Shown: positions 49,446 through 58,492, counted from the first letter of the stretch. The stretch is DNA of 64,000 nt from an uncultured Actinomycetota bacterium (GCA_963740925.1 CAVUFZ010000003.1:337605-401604), one strand, 5' to 3'. The notes: generated from the sequence alone by a model not told the origin. Numbers and translations: made by a program.

Positions 49446-51663
49446 ATTGTGGCGTCCTGGCCCGGGACACACAGATCATCATGCAGGTGCCGGCGGACTG
49501 CTCCTGCGGATCGAGCACCGAGTCGCGGTGATCGGCGACCCCCTCGACGATTCTCACCTCGCAGGTGCCGCAGGTGCCCTCGGCGCAGGACGACAACACC
49601 CCGACACCCGCTTCCTCCACGACGGAGAGGATCGAGCGCTCGGGCGGCACGGTCAGGGTGAGACCGCTCCGACGCAGCTTCACGGTGAACGCGTCCGAAC
49701 GCGCAGGCTCCGCGAGGGGTTTGGCCGCGAACCGCTCGACGTGGAGTGCGCCGCGGGGCCAGGGACCGACCCGTTGTTCGACAGCGGCCAGCAGCGGCTC
49801 GGGACCACAGCAGTAGACCAGGGTGTCCGCCCGCGGTGTCGACAGCAACGAGTCCAGATCGAGCAGGCCCGATTCGTCCTGCGGTCGTACCGACACCCGG
49901 TCGCCGTAACCGGCCAGCTCGTCGAGGAACGCCATCGACGCTCGCTGTCGACCGCCGTAGACCAACTGCCACTCTCGCCCACCGGCTTCGGCCGCTCTGA
50001 TCATGGCCAGGATGGGGGTGATACCGATACCGCCGGCGATGAACAGGTAGCGCGGAGAGTCGATCAGCCGGAAGTGGTTGCGAGGCCCGCGAACGCCGAC
50101 GGTGTCTCCGATCTCGAGCCGGTCGTGGACGAAAAGTGACCCGCCGCTGCCGAGCGGGTCACGCAACACCCCGATTCGCCAGCGCTCCCCGTCGGCGGGA
50201 TCTCCGCACAACGAGTACTGCCGGGTCGGGGCGTCGGGCAGCACCAGGTCGATGTGGGCGCCCGCTGACCACGGCGGTAGCACCTGGCCGTCGGCGGCGC
50301 GCAGGGTCAGCGCGACCACCCCGTCGGCGAGGACCTCCTTGGCCTCGACGATCGCCCCGGCCTCGAACTCCTCGGTCCGGCCGGTCAGGTCCGCACCGAG
50401 CTGCTCGCCACGGTCGACCGCAGCGGCCGTCTGCGCGTCCTCCGGGGCTGCGTCGAACCGCACCGGCAGAGCCGACCAGACGTACATGTTGGGCGTCGTC
50501 TTGTAGCGCACGGCCGAGCCGTCGATGCGGTAGTCCCCCAGGACCGGCAGCGCCTCCTCCAGAGCGACCTTCACCTCCAGCCGAGCCAGCGGTGCGCCGA
50601 GACAGCCGTGCATCCCCTCGGAGAATCCGAGGTGCCGGGTGACCCCGCGACGGATGTCGAACCGGGTCGGGTCGGCAAAGCGACGCTCGTCGCGGTTGGC
50701 CGCCCCGTAGACGAGGACGACACGGCCGCCGGCCGGAATCGTCACCCCGTGGATCGTCACCTCCCGGGAGGTGGTCCGCCCGGCGAGCTGGAGCGGGGTG
50801 GCGACGCGGATCGCCTCCTCCACCGCGGCCGGGATGAGGGCGGGATCCTCGTGCAGCAGGGCTCGCTGATCGGGATTCTCGGCCAACAGTTTCAGCACCG
50901 TCGCGGTCAATCCGGCCGTGCTCTCCACCCCGCCGAGAAACAACACCATCATCAGACCGAGGATCTCCGAGGCGGGCTCGAGGTGTTCCTCGGCGAACGG
51001 GACACCGCCGATCTCGGCGTTGACCAGATGGGTGACCAGATCGGGACGCGGGTGGCGGCGGCGCTCGGCCAGCAGGTCGATGAAGTAGCGCTGGATGCCT
51101 TCGGTCGCCGCCTTGGCGACGGGGGTCAGACGTGCGTCGTCGGGCCGGCGGTCCTTGAGCTCGTGGATCCACCGTTCGAGTTGCTCTCGGCCCTGCTCGC
51201 GGGCGCTGGGTAGCCCGAGCACGTTGAAGAACACCTCGTTGGGCATCGGCCAGGCGAGTTCGCTCGCCACGTCCACCGTGCCGCGAGTACGCCAGGGATC
51301 GATGAGCCCGCGGACCACCGCACGGATGCTCTCCTCCTGCTGGGCGATCCGGCGCGGCAGGAACCACGGCTGGACCACGGCCCGAACCTGGTCGTGGCGC
51401 GGGTTGTCCAGGTCGGGCAGGAATCCCGGACCGCTCTGGTCCTTGGCCGTGTCGTCGATGTCGATGCCCTGATAGCTGAGGAAAAGGCTCGGATCGAGCG
51501 CGGCCGCCCGGACGTCATCGAATCTCGACAGCGCCCACCAGTTCCATTTCTGACTGTAGAAGACCGGCGACTCGTCACGCATCCACTGGTAGACGGGGAA
51601 CGGATCGGCCTGGAACTCGGCGCTGAACGGGTCGTATTCCATCGCCGTGGGCGTTGTGGTCAT
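49429..51663 (-). CDS. self-sufficient cytochrome P450 fused to a phthalate-dioxygenase-type reductase (FMN/NAD(P)H/2Fe-2S)
   Basis: 744 aa single ORF: I-helix GGVEST, EEAIR, heme FSEGMHGCLG (Cys at 50602-50604), then RQYSLC, IAGGIGITP, YCCGP and CAEGTCGTC...ICVSR. Confidence 0.95.
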   Translation of the reverse strand: MTTTPTAMEYDPFSAEFQADPFPVYQWMRDESPVFYSQKWNWWALSRFDDVRAAALDPSLFLSYQGIDIDDTAKDQSGPGFLPDLDNPRHDQVRAVVQPWFLPRRIAQQEESIRAVVRGLIDPWRTRGTVDVASELAWPMPNEVFFNVLGLPSAREQGREQLERWIHELKDRRPDDARLTPVAKAATEGIQRYFIDLLAERRRHPRPDLVTHLVNAEIGGVPFAEEHLEPASEILGLMMVLFLGGVESTAGLTATVLKLLAENPDQRALLHEDPALIPAAVEEAIRVATPLQLAGRTTSREVTIHGVTIPAGGRVVLVYGAANRDERRFADPTRFDIRRGVTRHLGFSEGMHGCLGAPLARLEVKVALEEALPVLGDYRIDGSAVRYKTTPNMYVWSALPVRFDAAPEDAQTAAAVDRGEQLGADLTGRTEEFEAGAIVEAKEVLADGVVALTLRAADGQVLPPWSAGAHIDLVLPDAPTRQYSLCGDPADGERWRIGVLRDPLGSGGSLFVHDRLEIGDTVGVRGPRNHFRLIDSPRYLFIAGGIGITPILAMIRAAEAGGREWQLVYGGRQRASMAFLDELAGYGDRVSVRPQDESGLLDLDSLLSTPRADTLVYCCGPEPLLAAVEQRVGPWPRGALHVERFAAKPLAEPARSDAFTVKLRRSGLTLTVPPERSILSVVEEAGVGVLSSCAEGTCGTCEVRIVEGVADHRDSVLDPQEQSAGTCMMICVSRARTPQLVLDL

Positions 51664-51757
51664 CGGTGATCCTTCTCTCCAGCTCGGTGCGAGTGCTGCG
51701 CCCGGCCCCACCTGGTCCGGACGAAGTTTCCAGGACGCGTGCAGGACGACCTTCGCC

Positions 51758-51809
51758 TTGACACCCGCCGCGCAATGTTCATACCCTGACATCTCCTAGA
51801 GCGCTCTAG
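51758..51809. promoter_or_regulatory. promoter TTGACA-N18-TACCCT (+) and perfect LacI-type palindrome CTAGAGCGCTCTAG (51796-51809)
   Basis: 14-bp perfect palindrome with central CG between the divergent P450 and isomerase genes. Confidence 0.75.
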
Positions 51810-51870
51810 CAAGTGCCGCCCGGCAACAGCTCGATGATCAGCTCGATAATCAGACGGTAGGAGCAGTCCG

Positions 51871-52872
51871 ATGAAGTTCGGTGTCTACAACGCGATTCTG
51901 CACGACCGGAGCCTGCCCGAGGCGCTGAGCGTGATCGGCGGGCTCGGCCTGAGTGGGATCGAGCTCAACTCCGGCGGCTTCCTGCCGGCCACCCACATCC
52001 CGACCTTCGACGACATCCTCACCTCCGACGACGCGCGGGACGACTTCCTCGGCCAGTTCGAGGGCACCGGGGTCGAGATCGCCGGGCTCAACTGCAACGG
52101 CAACCCGCTGCACCCCGACCCCACGATCGGCGATGCGCACGCCGAGGACGTCCGGCGCAGCATCCGGCTGGCCCATCGGCTGGGCCAGACCCGGGTGGTC
52201 ACGATGTCCGGGCTGCCGGCTGGTGAGCCGGACGCGACCCGGCCCAACTGGATCGTCAACGCCTGGAACTCCAGCGCGCTCGACGTACTGGACTATCAGT
52301 GGAGCGTGGCCGAGACCTTCTGGCGCGAGATCGACCGGGAAGCGGCCGACCTGGGCGTCAAGGTCGCCCTGGAGCTGCACCCGCAGAACCTGGTGTTCAA
52401 CCCGGCCGGCATCCGTGAGCTGGTGGAACGGACCGACGCCACCCATATCGGCGTCGAACTGGACGCCTCGCACCTGTTCTGGCAGTGGATGGATCCGGTC
52501 GCCGTGGTCCAGGATCTCGGCCCGCTGGTTTTCCACGCCGCCGCCAAGGACGTCAGGATCAACCCGGCGGCGGCGGTGTACGGCGTGCTCGACAACCGGT
52601 TCCGGAAGCTGTCACCGGAGGAGAAGCGGACCAACCTCGGCGGGGACGAGTGGGCCAACGAGTGGCCGGCGAACGCCGCCTGGGACTTCGTCGCCCTCGG
52701 TCGCGGTCATGACGCCGTCTACTGGTCGACCTGGCTGGCCGCGCTGGCTGCCGTCGACCCCGAGATGGCCGTCAACATCGAGCACGAGGACACCTCACTC
52801 GGCGCGGTGGAGGGCCTGGAGATGGCCGCCGGCGTGCTGCTGGACGCGGCCCGACGGGCCGGCCTGGCCTGA
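51871..52872 (+). CDS. TIM-barrel sugar phosphate isomerase/epimerase (resembles C. glutamicum Cg3390)
   Basis: MKFGVYNAILHDR, LNCNGNPLHP, VVTMSGLP, LELHP, ELDASHLFWQ, HAAAKD and NIEHED. Confidence 0.85.
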   Translation: MKFGVYNAILHDRSLPEALSVIGGLGLSGIELNSGGFLPATHIPTFDDILTSDDARDDFLGQFEGTGVEIAGLNCNGNPLHPDPTIGDAHAEDVRRSIRLAHRLGQTRVVTMSGLPAGEPDATRPNWIVNAWNSSALDVLDYQWSVAETFWREIDREAADLGVKVALELHPQNLVFNPAGIRELVERTDATHIGVELDASHLFWQWMDPVAVVQDLGPLVFHAAAKDVRINPAAAVYGVLDNRFRKLSPEEKRTNLGGDEWANEWPANAAWDFVALGRGHDAVYWSTWLAALAAVDPEMAVNIEHEDTSLGAVEGLEMAAGVLLDAARRAGLA

Positions 52873-52900
52873 GACCCGACCTGCCCGGGCACAGCCCGGG

Positions 52901-54121
52901 TCAGCCGAGCGGGACCCATCGGCGCTCGGCCGCCGAGGTCGCCATCGCGTCGACCACCCGGGCCACGCTCAGTGCGTCCTCGATCGTCGCACCGGAGACG
53001 ATGCCGGTGCTGATCGAGGTCAGCAGCCGGCGGGCCTCGATCACCTTCAGGTCGTCATAGCTCATCGAGGTCGCCGAACCCGGCTGGAAGACCCGGTACT
53101 CGCCGTCGCCGGGCCGGGCCAGCCGGGTCTGGGTGAACGCGTCGGTGTAGCCCTGATCGAGGCAGACCTGCAACTCCCCCATCCGGCGGAAATCCCAGGC
53201 CAGCGAGCCGCGGTCGCCGTGCACCTCGATGCCGTAGCGGTTCTGGTCGCCGACGGAGACCCGGCTCGATTCGAGCGTCCCGCGGGCCCCGCCGGCCAGC
53301 CGCAGCAGCGCCGAGACGTGATCCTCGTTCTCCACCGGGCCGGGTTCACCGGTGCCGACCGCGCCGTGACCGGTGCTGGCCGCGGCGAGCCGGCGCCGTT
53401 GCGGGATGAAGATCGCGGTGTCGGCGACCACCTCCTCGACCTCGCCGACGACGTAGCGGGCCAGGTCGACGCCGTGGCTGACCAGGTCGCCCAGCACCCC
53501 AGAGCCCGCCCACTGGTTCTCATACCGCCAGGTCAGGGCGCCGTCGGGATCGGCGGCGTAGTCGGAGCAGAAGGTGATCCGGACCGTCTCGATCCGGCCG
53601 AGCCGCCCGTCGGCCACCAGCCCGCGGGCCGCCTCGACCGCCGGCGCGTTGCGGTAGTTGAAGCCGGCGGCGCTCTGCACCCCGGCCTCGGCCACCGCGG
53701 CCGCGATCTCCGCGGTCTCCCCGCTGTTGCGTCCGGCCGGCTTCTCGATCCACAGGTGTTTGCCGGCCCGGGCCACGGCCACGCCGACGTCGCGGTGGAC
53801 GAAGTTCGGCCCGGTCACGCTGACCAGGTCGATGTCGTCCCGGTCGACCAGCTCACGCCAGTCGGTGTGCACGTCGGCGAAGCCGTAGGCCTCGACCGCA
53901 GCCCGCAGTCGTTCGTCGGTGGCGTTGTCGGCCACGGCCACGAACTCGATCGGTGCGTTGTCCGGGTAGTACTGCCGGACCCTGCTGTAGGCCCGGGAAT
54001 GCACTTGGCCCATCCAGCCGAAGCCGACGACGCCGACCCGGATCGGACGGATCCGCTCGGCCGCAGCAGGATCGACAGCAGGATCGACAGCAGCAGGATC
54101 GACGGCGGGGTCGACAGTCAT
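52901..54121 (-). CDS. Gfo/Idh/MocA oxidoreductase
   Basis: GVVGFGWMGQVH, IEKP, GFNYR and GVLGDLVSHGVD; N-terminal VDPA repeats. Confidence 0.9.
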   Translation of the reverse strand: MTVDPAVDPAAVDPAVDPAAAERIRPIRVGVVGFGWMGQVHSRAYSRVRQYYPDNAPIEFVAVADNATDERLRAAVEAYGFADVHTDWRELVDRDDIDLVSVTGPNFVHRDVGVAVARAGKHLWIEKPAGRNSGETAEIAAAVAEAGVQSAAGFNYRNAPAVEAARGLVADGRLGRIETVRITFCSDYAADPDGALTWRYENQWAGSGVLGDLVSHGVDLARYVVGEVEEVVADTAIFIPQRRRLAAASTGHGAVGTGEPGPVENEDHVSALLRLAGGARGTLESSRVSVGDQNRYGIEVHGDRGSLAWDFRRMGELQVCLDQGYTDAFTQTRLARPGDGEYRVFQPGSATSMSYDDLKVIEARRLLTSISTGIVSGATIEDALSVARVVDAMATSAAERRWVPLG

Positions 54122-54164
54122 GATCAGGATCTCCGAAACGTCGTGCGGGTTGAGAAGCGGCTGC

Positions 54165-55181
54165 TCAGCCGCGGCTGCGCAGCTCGTCCAGCCGGACCGG
54201 ACGGTGCTCGCGCCAGGACAAGGTGGCGGCCTCGGCGACCCAGCTGGCCTCCAGCCCGTCGACCACCGTGCACGGGGTCGGCCGCTCGCCCGCGACCACC
54301 TCGCAGAAGGCGGCCATCTCGGCAGCGAAGGCGGTGGCCAACCGGTCCATGAAGAAGGTGTGGGCCGGACCGGGCGGGAATTCGGTGGCCGGATCGGCCG
54401 AGCGCATCGGCAGCCCGGCGTCCAGGCCGGCGGCGATCGAGCCGTCCGAGCCGTGCAACTCCAACCGGACGTCGTAGCCCTCGGCGTTGTAGCGGGTGTT
54501 GGAGACCACGCCGATGGCCCCGTCGTCGAAGGTCAGCAGGGTGGAGGCCGTGTCGGCGTCGCCGAGCTCGGTGAACCACTTCTCACCGCGGTTCGAGCCG
54601 ACCGCATAGACCTCGACCACCTCGCGGCCCGACGCCCAGCGGACGGCGTCGAAGTCGTGGATGGCGCAGTCGTGGAAGATGCCGCCGGAGCGGGCGATGT
54701 AGGCCGCGGGCGGCGGCGCCGGATCCATGGTGGTGGAGCGGATGGTGGACAACCAGCCGAGCTCACCGCCGTCCAGGGCGGCCTTGGCGGCGACGAACGC
54801 CGGGTCGAAGCGCCGCGGGAAACCGATCTGGACGCTGACCTGGGAGTCGGCGACGAAACCGGCCAGATCCGCGGTGGCGTAGGGATCCCCGGAGACCGGC
54901 TTCTCACAGAAGGTGGTGATGCCGGCGCCGACGCTGGCCCGCAGCAACTCCAGGTGGGAGTCGGTGGAGGAGGCGATCAGGACGCCGTCCACCCCGGCGG
55001 CCAGCAGCGCCTCCGGGGAATCGGCGACGCTGACCGAGGTGCCGCTGAGCCGTCCGGCCGCCTGCTCGGCGACGCCGGGCACGACGTCGGCCAGCACCAG
55101 CTCGTCCACCCGCTCCAGACCGCTGAGCGTGGTGGCGTGGTACGCCCCGATCCGACCCAGCCCGATGATGCCGATCCGCAT
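54165..55181 (-). CDS. Gfo/Idh/MocA inositol dehydrogenase-like oxidoreductase
   Basis: GIIGLGRIG, FCEKP, QIGFPRRFD and SGGIFHDCAIHDFD. Confidence 0.9.
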   Translation of the reverse strand: MRIGIIGLGRIGAYHATTLSGLERVDELVLADVVPGVAEQAAGRLSGTSVSVADSPEALLAAGVDGVLIASSTDSHLELLRASVGAGITTFCEKPVSGDPYATADLAGFVADSQVSVQIGFPRRFDPAFVAAKAALDGGELGWLSTIRSTTMDPAPPPAAYIARSGGIFHDCAIHDFDAVRWASGREVVEVYAVGSNRGEKWFTELGDADTASTLLTFDDGAIGVVSNTRYNAEGYDVRLELHGSDGSIAAGLDAGLPMRSADPATEFPPGPAHTFFMDRLATAFAAEMAAFCEVVAGERPTPCTVVDGLEASWVAEAATLSWREHRPVRLDELRSRG

Positions 55182-55263
55182 TGACCCACTCCCCGTTCGT
55201 CGACCCGGCCGTGGAGACTCTCCGGCGGCCCAGCGCCCGCTCGTGCGGACGCTCACCTCATGT

Positions 55264-55273
55264 TGTCAGGACA
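55264..55273. promoter_or_regulatory. IolR-like box TGTCAGGACA upstream of the dehydrogenase at 55181
   Basis: Identical 10-mer to the box at 42589-42598. Confidence 0.6.
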
Positions 55274-55305
55274 AACCCGGACCTGCCAAGCGCACTCGCC
55301 GGTGC

Positions 55306-56085
55306 TCAGTCGTGCGCACCGGGGACGTTCTGGTCCCAGTCGATCACCGATCCGGTCACCACGCCGCTGTCGGGTGAGAGCAGCAGGACGGCCAACCGGG
55401 CCACCTCGTCCGGTTCGATCAGCTGCCCCATCGGCAACCGGTCGGCCGCCTGATCGGCCCAGCCGTCCTCGGCCTGGTGGAACCGGCGCTGGATCTCGTC
55501 CTCGCCCTCGGTCCGGGTCCAGCCGAGGTTGATCCCGTTCACCCGGATCTTGTCCCAGCGGTGAGCATGGGCGACGTTCTTGGTCAACCCGATCAGCCCG
55601 GCCTTGGTCGCGGCGTAGGCGGCCAGATAGGGCTGACCGCCGAGCGCGCTCATGGTGATCACGTTGACGATCGACCCGGCCGCCTCACGACGGAGCAGAT
55701 CGGCCACCACCGCCTGCATCAGGAAGAACGGACCGCGCAGGTTGACCGCGACGTGGTCGTCGAACAACTCCGGCGTGGTCTCCAGCAGCGTGCCCCGAGT
55801 CGTCAGCCCGGCCGCGTTCACCAGGCCGTCCACCCGGCCGAACCGCCGCACCAGCTCGGCCACCACCGTGCGTCCGGACTCGACGTCACCGGCGTCGCCG
55901 GCCAGATAGACGGCCTCGGCGGAGCCTGCCGCACGCAGTTCTTCGACCGCGGCCTCACCCCGCTCGGCACGTCGGCCGGTGACGGCCACGGTGGCCCCGG
56001 CACGGGCGGCGGCCCGGCCGATGGCCAGACCGACACCCTGGGTGCCGCCGCTGATCAGGATCACCTTGTCGTTCAGGTCAGCCAT
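55306..56085 (-). CDS. short-chain dehydrogenase/reductase
   Basis: ISGGTQGVG, LVNAAG and catalytic YAATK. Confidence 0.93.
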   Translation of the reverse strand: MADLNDKVILISGGTQGVGLAIGRAAARAGATVAVTGRRAERGEAAVEELRAAGSAEAVYLAGDAGDVESGRTVVAELVRRFGRVDGLVNAAGLTTRGTLLETTPELFDDHVAVNLRGPFFLMQAVVADLLRREAAGSIVNVITMSALGGQPYLAAYAATKAGLIGLTKNVAHAHRWDKIRVNGINLGWTRTEGEDEIQRRFHQAEDGWADQAADRLPMGQLIEPDEVARLAVLLLSPDSGVVTGSVIDWDQNVPGAHD

Positions 56086-56093
56086 CGGGCGGG

Positions 56094-57311
56094 TCAGATC
56101 TCGTCGGTACGGTGCCGGACGCCGTAGCCGTCCAGATCGGCCTGCAGCTGGTCGGCGCTGGCCTCAGCGGCCAGCGACTGCTCCAGCAGGGCCGCCTGGG
56201 ACAGCGGAGTCAGGCCGTCCACGTTGTGGTCCAGATCGAGGTTGGTGGGGAACGGGTACCCCTCGGCGGCGCAGGCGATCGCGTTGTGCAGCAGGGAATC
56301 CGCGACCCCGGCCGCCCGGCGGGACTGCAGCGCCGGATAGATCGCACGGCTGATCTTGGCCCGGTCGACGCTCTCCATCGCCCGGCCGAAGGCGGAGGAA
56401 ACCTGCAGCAGGTTGGCCATCCGCTGCACGTCGGTGGAGACGTTGTTGCCGGCCCCGTGGAACAGCGCGGGGTTGAAGAAGGCGGCGTCGCCCTTGGCCA
56501 AGGGCAGCTGGACGTAGTGGTGGTTGAAGTAGTCCCGGAATTCGGGCCGCCGCCAGGCCAGGTAGCCCGGGCCGTAGGTGTGGGAGTAGGGCAGATACAT
56601 CGTCGGGCCGCTCTCCACCGGCATGTCGGAGTGCGCGACCGCCCCCTGCAGGGTGAGGACGGGCGAGAGCAGATGGACGTGCGCCGGGTAGCTCGCCGCG
56701 ACCTCGTTGGAGAGGAAGCCGAGATGGTAGTCGCGGTGCGGATCCTGGGCCTTGCCGCCGGGCCGGACCTGGTTGACCTGGGACGTCAGCTGAAAACCGG
56801 GGCCGAGCCAGGCGGTGCTGATCAGCGCCAGCAGTTCGTTGCCGTAGTAGTCGACGAATGTCTCGGGATCACGGACGGCCAGCTTCTCCAGCGCGTTCCA
56901 GACCCGGTCGTTGGCCCCGGCCTTGGCGAAGTGGTCGTTGCCACCGCCCCCGTGCTCTGCGGCCGCGGCCTTCTCGTCGGCGATGATCGCGTCGAAGGCG
57001 GCGGTGGCCCGGTCGACGACCGACGTGTCGGCGAAGGCGCCCTTCAGGGCGACGATGCCGGGCCCTTCGGTCAGCGCACGGACGAGCTCGGCCTCGACGG
57101 CCTGACGCCCTTGGACCGAAGCGAGCTCGCGGCGCAGCCGGGCGCTGTCGTAGACCAGCACGTTCTGGACGACGTCGGCGGCGAACGGGTAGTCCGTCAC
57201 CTCGGTGCGTCGATCGAGGGAGGCGACGAACTCATCCAGCCGGCAGTCGTCTTCGGTGAAACGGCCGGGGATGGTGGTGGCCGCGGACGGGGTGGGTGCG
57301 GTAGTGGTCAT
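56094..57311 (-). CDS. phytanoyl-CoA dioxygenase (PhyH) family Fe(II)/2-oxoglutarate-type dioxygenase
   Basis: Facial triad PHRDYH...FHGAG; TAGGCT -10 lies 7 nt before the ATG. Confidence 0.85.
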   Translation of the reverse strand: MTTTAPTPSAATTIPGRFTEDDCRLDEFVASLDRRTEVTDYPFAADVVQNVLVYDSARLRRELASVQGRQAVEAELVRALTEGPGIVALKGAFADTSVVDRATAAFDAIIADEKAAAAEHGGGGNDHFAKAGANDRVWNALEKLAVRDPETFVDYYGNELLALISTAWLGPGFQLTSQVNQVRPGGKAQDPHRDYHLGFLSNEVAASYPAHVHLLSPVLTLQGAVAHSDMPVESGPTMYLPYSHTYGPGYLAWRRPEFRDYFNHHYVQLPLAKGDAAFFNPALFHGAGNNVSTDVQRMANLLQVSSAFGRAMESVDRAKISRAIYPALQSRRAAGVADSLLHNAIACAAEGYPFPTNLDLDHNVDGLTPLSQAALLEQSLAAEASADQLQADLDGYGVRHRTDEI

Positions 57312-57433
57312 GTCCGAAAGCCTAGAGAATCCGGCCCGGGCGATACGATGCGAAAACCATCAAAAAGACCTCAGGCGGTCCGCTCCCGGTTCCAGGTCCG
57401 GGTCGACCGAAACGCTTGGACAAGGGGCGAACC

Positions 57434-58447
57434 GTGCATCGACACCGGATCCGGACCATCGCCGAGCAGGCTGGGCTGAGCGAGGCCACCGTGGACCGGG
57501 TGCTGAACGGGCGTCCCGGGGTCCGGGCGTCCACCGTGGCCGAGGTGGGCCGGGCCGTCGACGAACTCGACCGGCAACGCGACCAGATCCGACTCGGCAA
57601 GCGCCGGTTCCTGATCGATCTGGTGATGCAGGCCCCGGCCCGGTTCAGCTCGGTCGTCCAGCGCGCGCTGGAGGCCGAACTGCCGAATCTGGCCCCGGCG
57701 GCGATCCGCTGCCGCTTCCACCTCCGCGAAGAGGGCCGGCCGGCTGACGTCGCCGAGGTGTTGGCCCGGGTCGGTCGTCGCGGCTCGGCCGGTGTCCTGC
57801 TGAAGGCACCCGACGATCCCCGGATCGTCGAGGCGGTGGATTCTCTGCAGCAGCAGGGAATCCCGGTGGTCACCCTGGTCACCGATCTGGTCGACAGCCG
57901 GCGGGTCGGCTATGTCGGCATGGACAACCGGGCCGCCGGCGCGACCGCCGGCTATCTGATGCACCACCTGTCTCCCGACCGGTCGCGCGGCGTGCTGATC
58001 ACGCTGAGCCGGACCAGCTTCCGCGGCGAGGAAGAACGAGAAGCCGGCTTCCGGGCCCTGCTCGCCGAGCTCGAGCCGGAACGGCCGGTGGTCGAGGTGA
58101 CCGAGACCGACGGGCTGGACACCGTCCTGCTGCGGATGGTGTCGGTGGCCCTGGCCGAGCATCCCCACCTCGGCGCCGTCTACTCCGTCGGCGGCGGCAA
58201 CCTCGCCATCCTGGAGGCGTTCCGGCAGGCCGGCCGTCGAGCCGATCCGTTCCTGGCCCACGATCTGGACGCCGACAACCGGGCGCTGCTGCGGCAACGT
58301 CGGATCACCGCCGTGCTGCATCACGATCTGCGCGCCGATCTCCGGTCAGCCTGCCAGCTGGTGCTTCGGGTACACGGCGCGTTACCCGGTCCGCCGCTCG
58401 CTTCGCCATCCGCGATCCAGGTGGTGACCCCGTTCAACGCCCCGTGA
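57434..58447 (+). CDS. LacI family transcriptional regulator
   Basis: IRTIAEQAGLSEATVDRVLNGR, YVGMDN.AAG and HDL; divergent from the PhyH operon. Confidence 0.9.
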   Translation: MHRHRIRTIAEQAGLSEATVDRVLNGRPGVRASTVAEVGRAVDELDRQRDQIRLGKRRFLIDLVMQAPARFSSVVQRALEAELPNLAPAAIRCRFHLREEGRPADVAEVLARVGRRGSAGVLLKAPDDPRIVEAVDSLQQQGIPVVTLVTDLVDSRRVGYVGMDNRAAGATAGYLMHHLSPDRSRGVLITLSRTSFRGEEEREAGFRALLAELEPERPVVEVTETDGLDTVLLRMVSVALAEHPHLGAVYSVGGGNLAILEAFRQAGRRADPFLAHDLDADNRALLRQRRITAVLHHDLRADLRSACQLVLRVHGALPGPPLASPSAIQVVTPFNAP

Positions 58448-58492
58448 CACCACCGAGGTGAAGCGTCATGAGCCCTGACAGCGCCGGCCCGG

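Noticed and set aside
49429-51663. Naming the fusion CYP116B
   Set aside because: I-helix and heme-binding motifs differ from those I recall for CYP116B; only the architecture matches.
51776-51791. Degenerate IolR-like boxes near the P450 (TGTCAGGGTA, TGTTCATACC)
   Set aside because: Two mismatches each and overlapping a -10 element, which explains the sequence equally well.
57347-57361. GATG-N7-CATC as operator of the PhyH-linked LacI
   Set aside because: Only 4-bp arms; too weak without orthologue comparison, although the AT-rich location is suitable.
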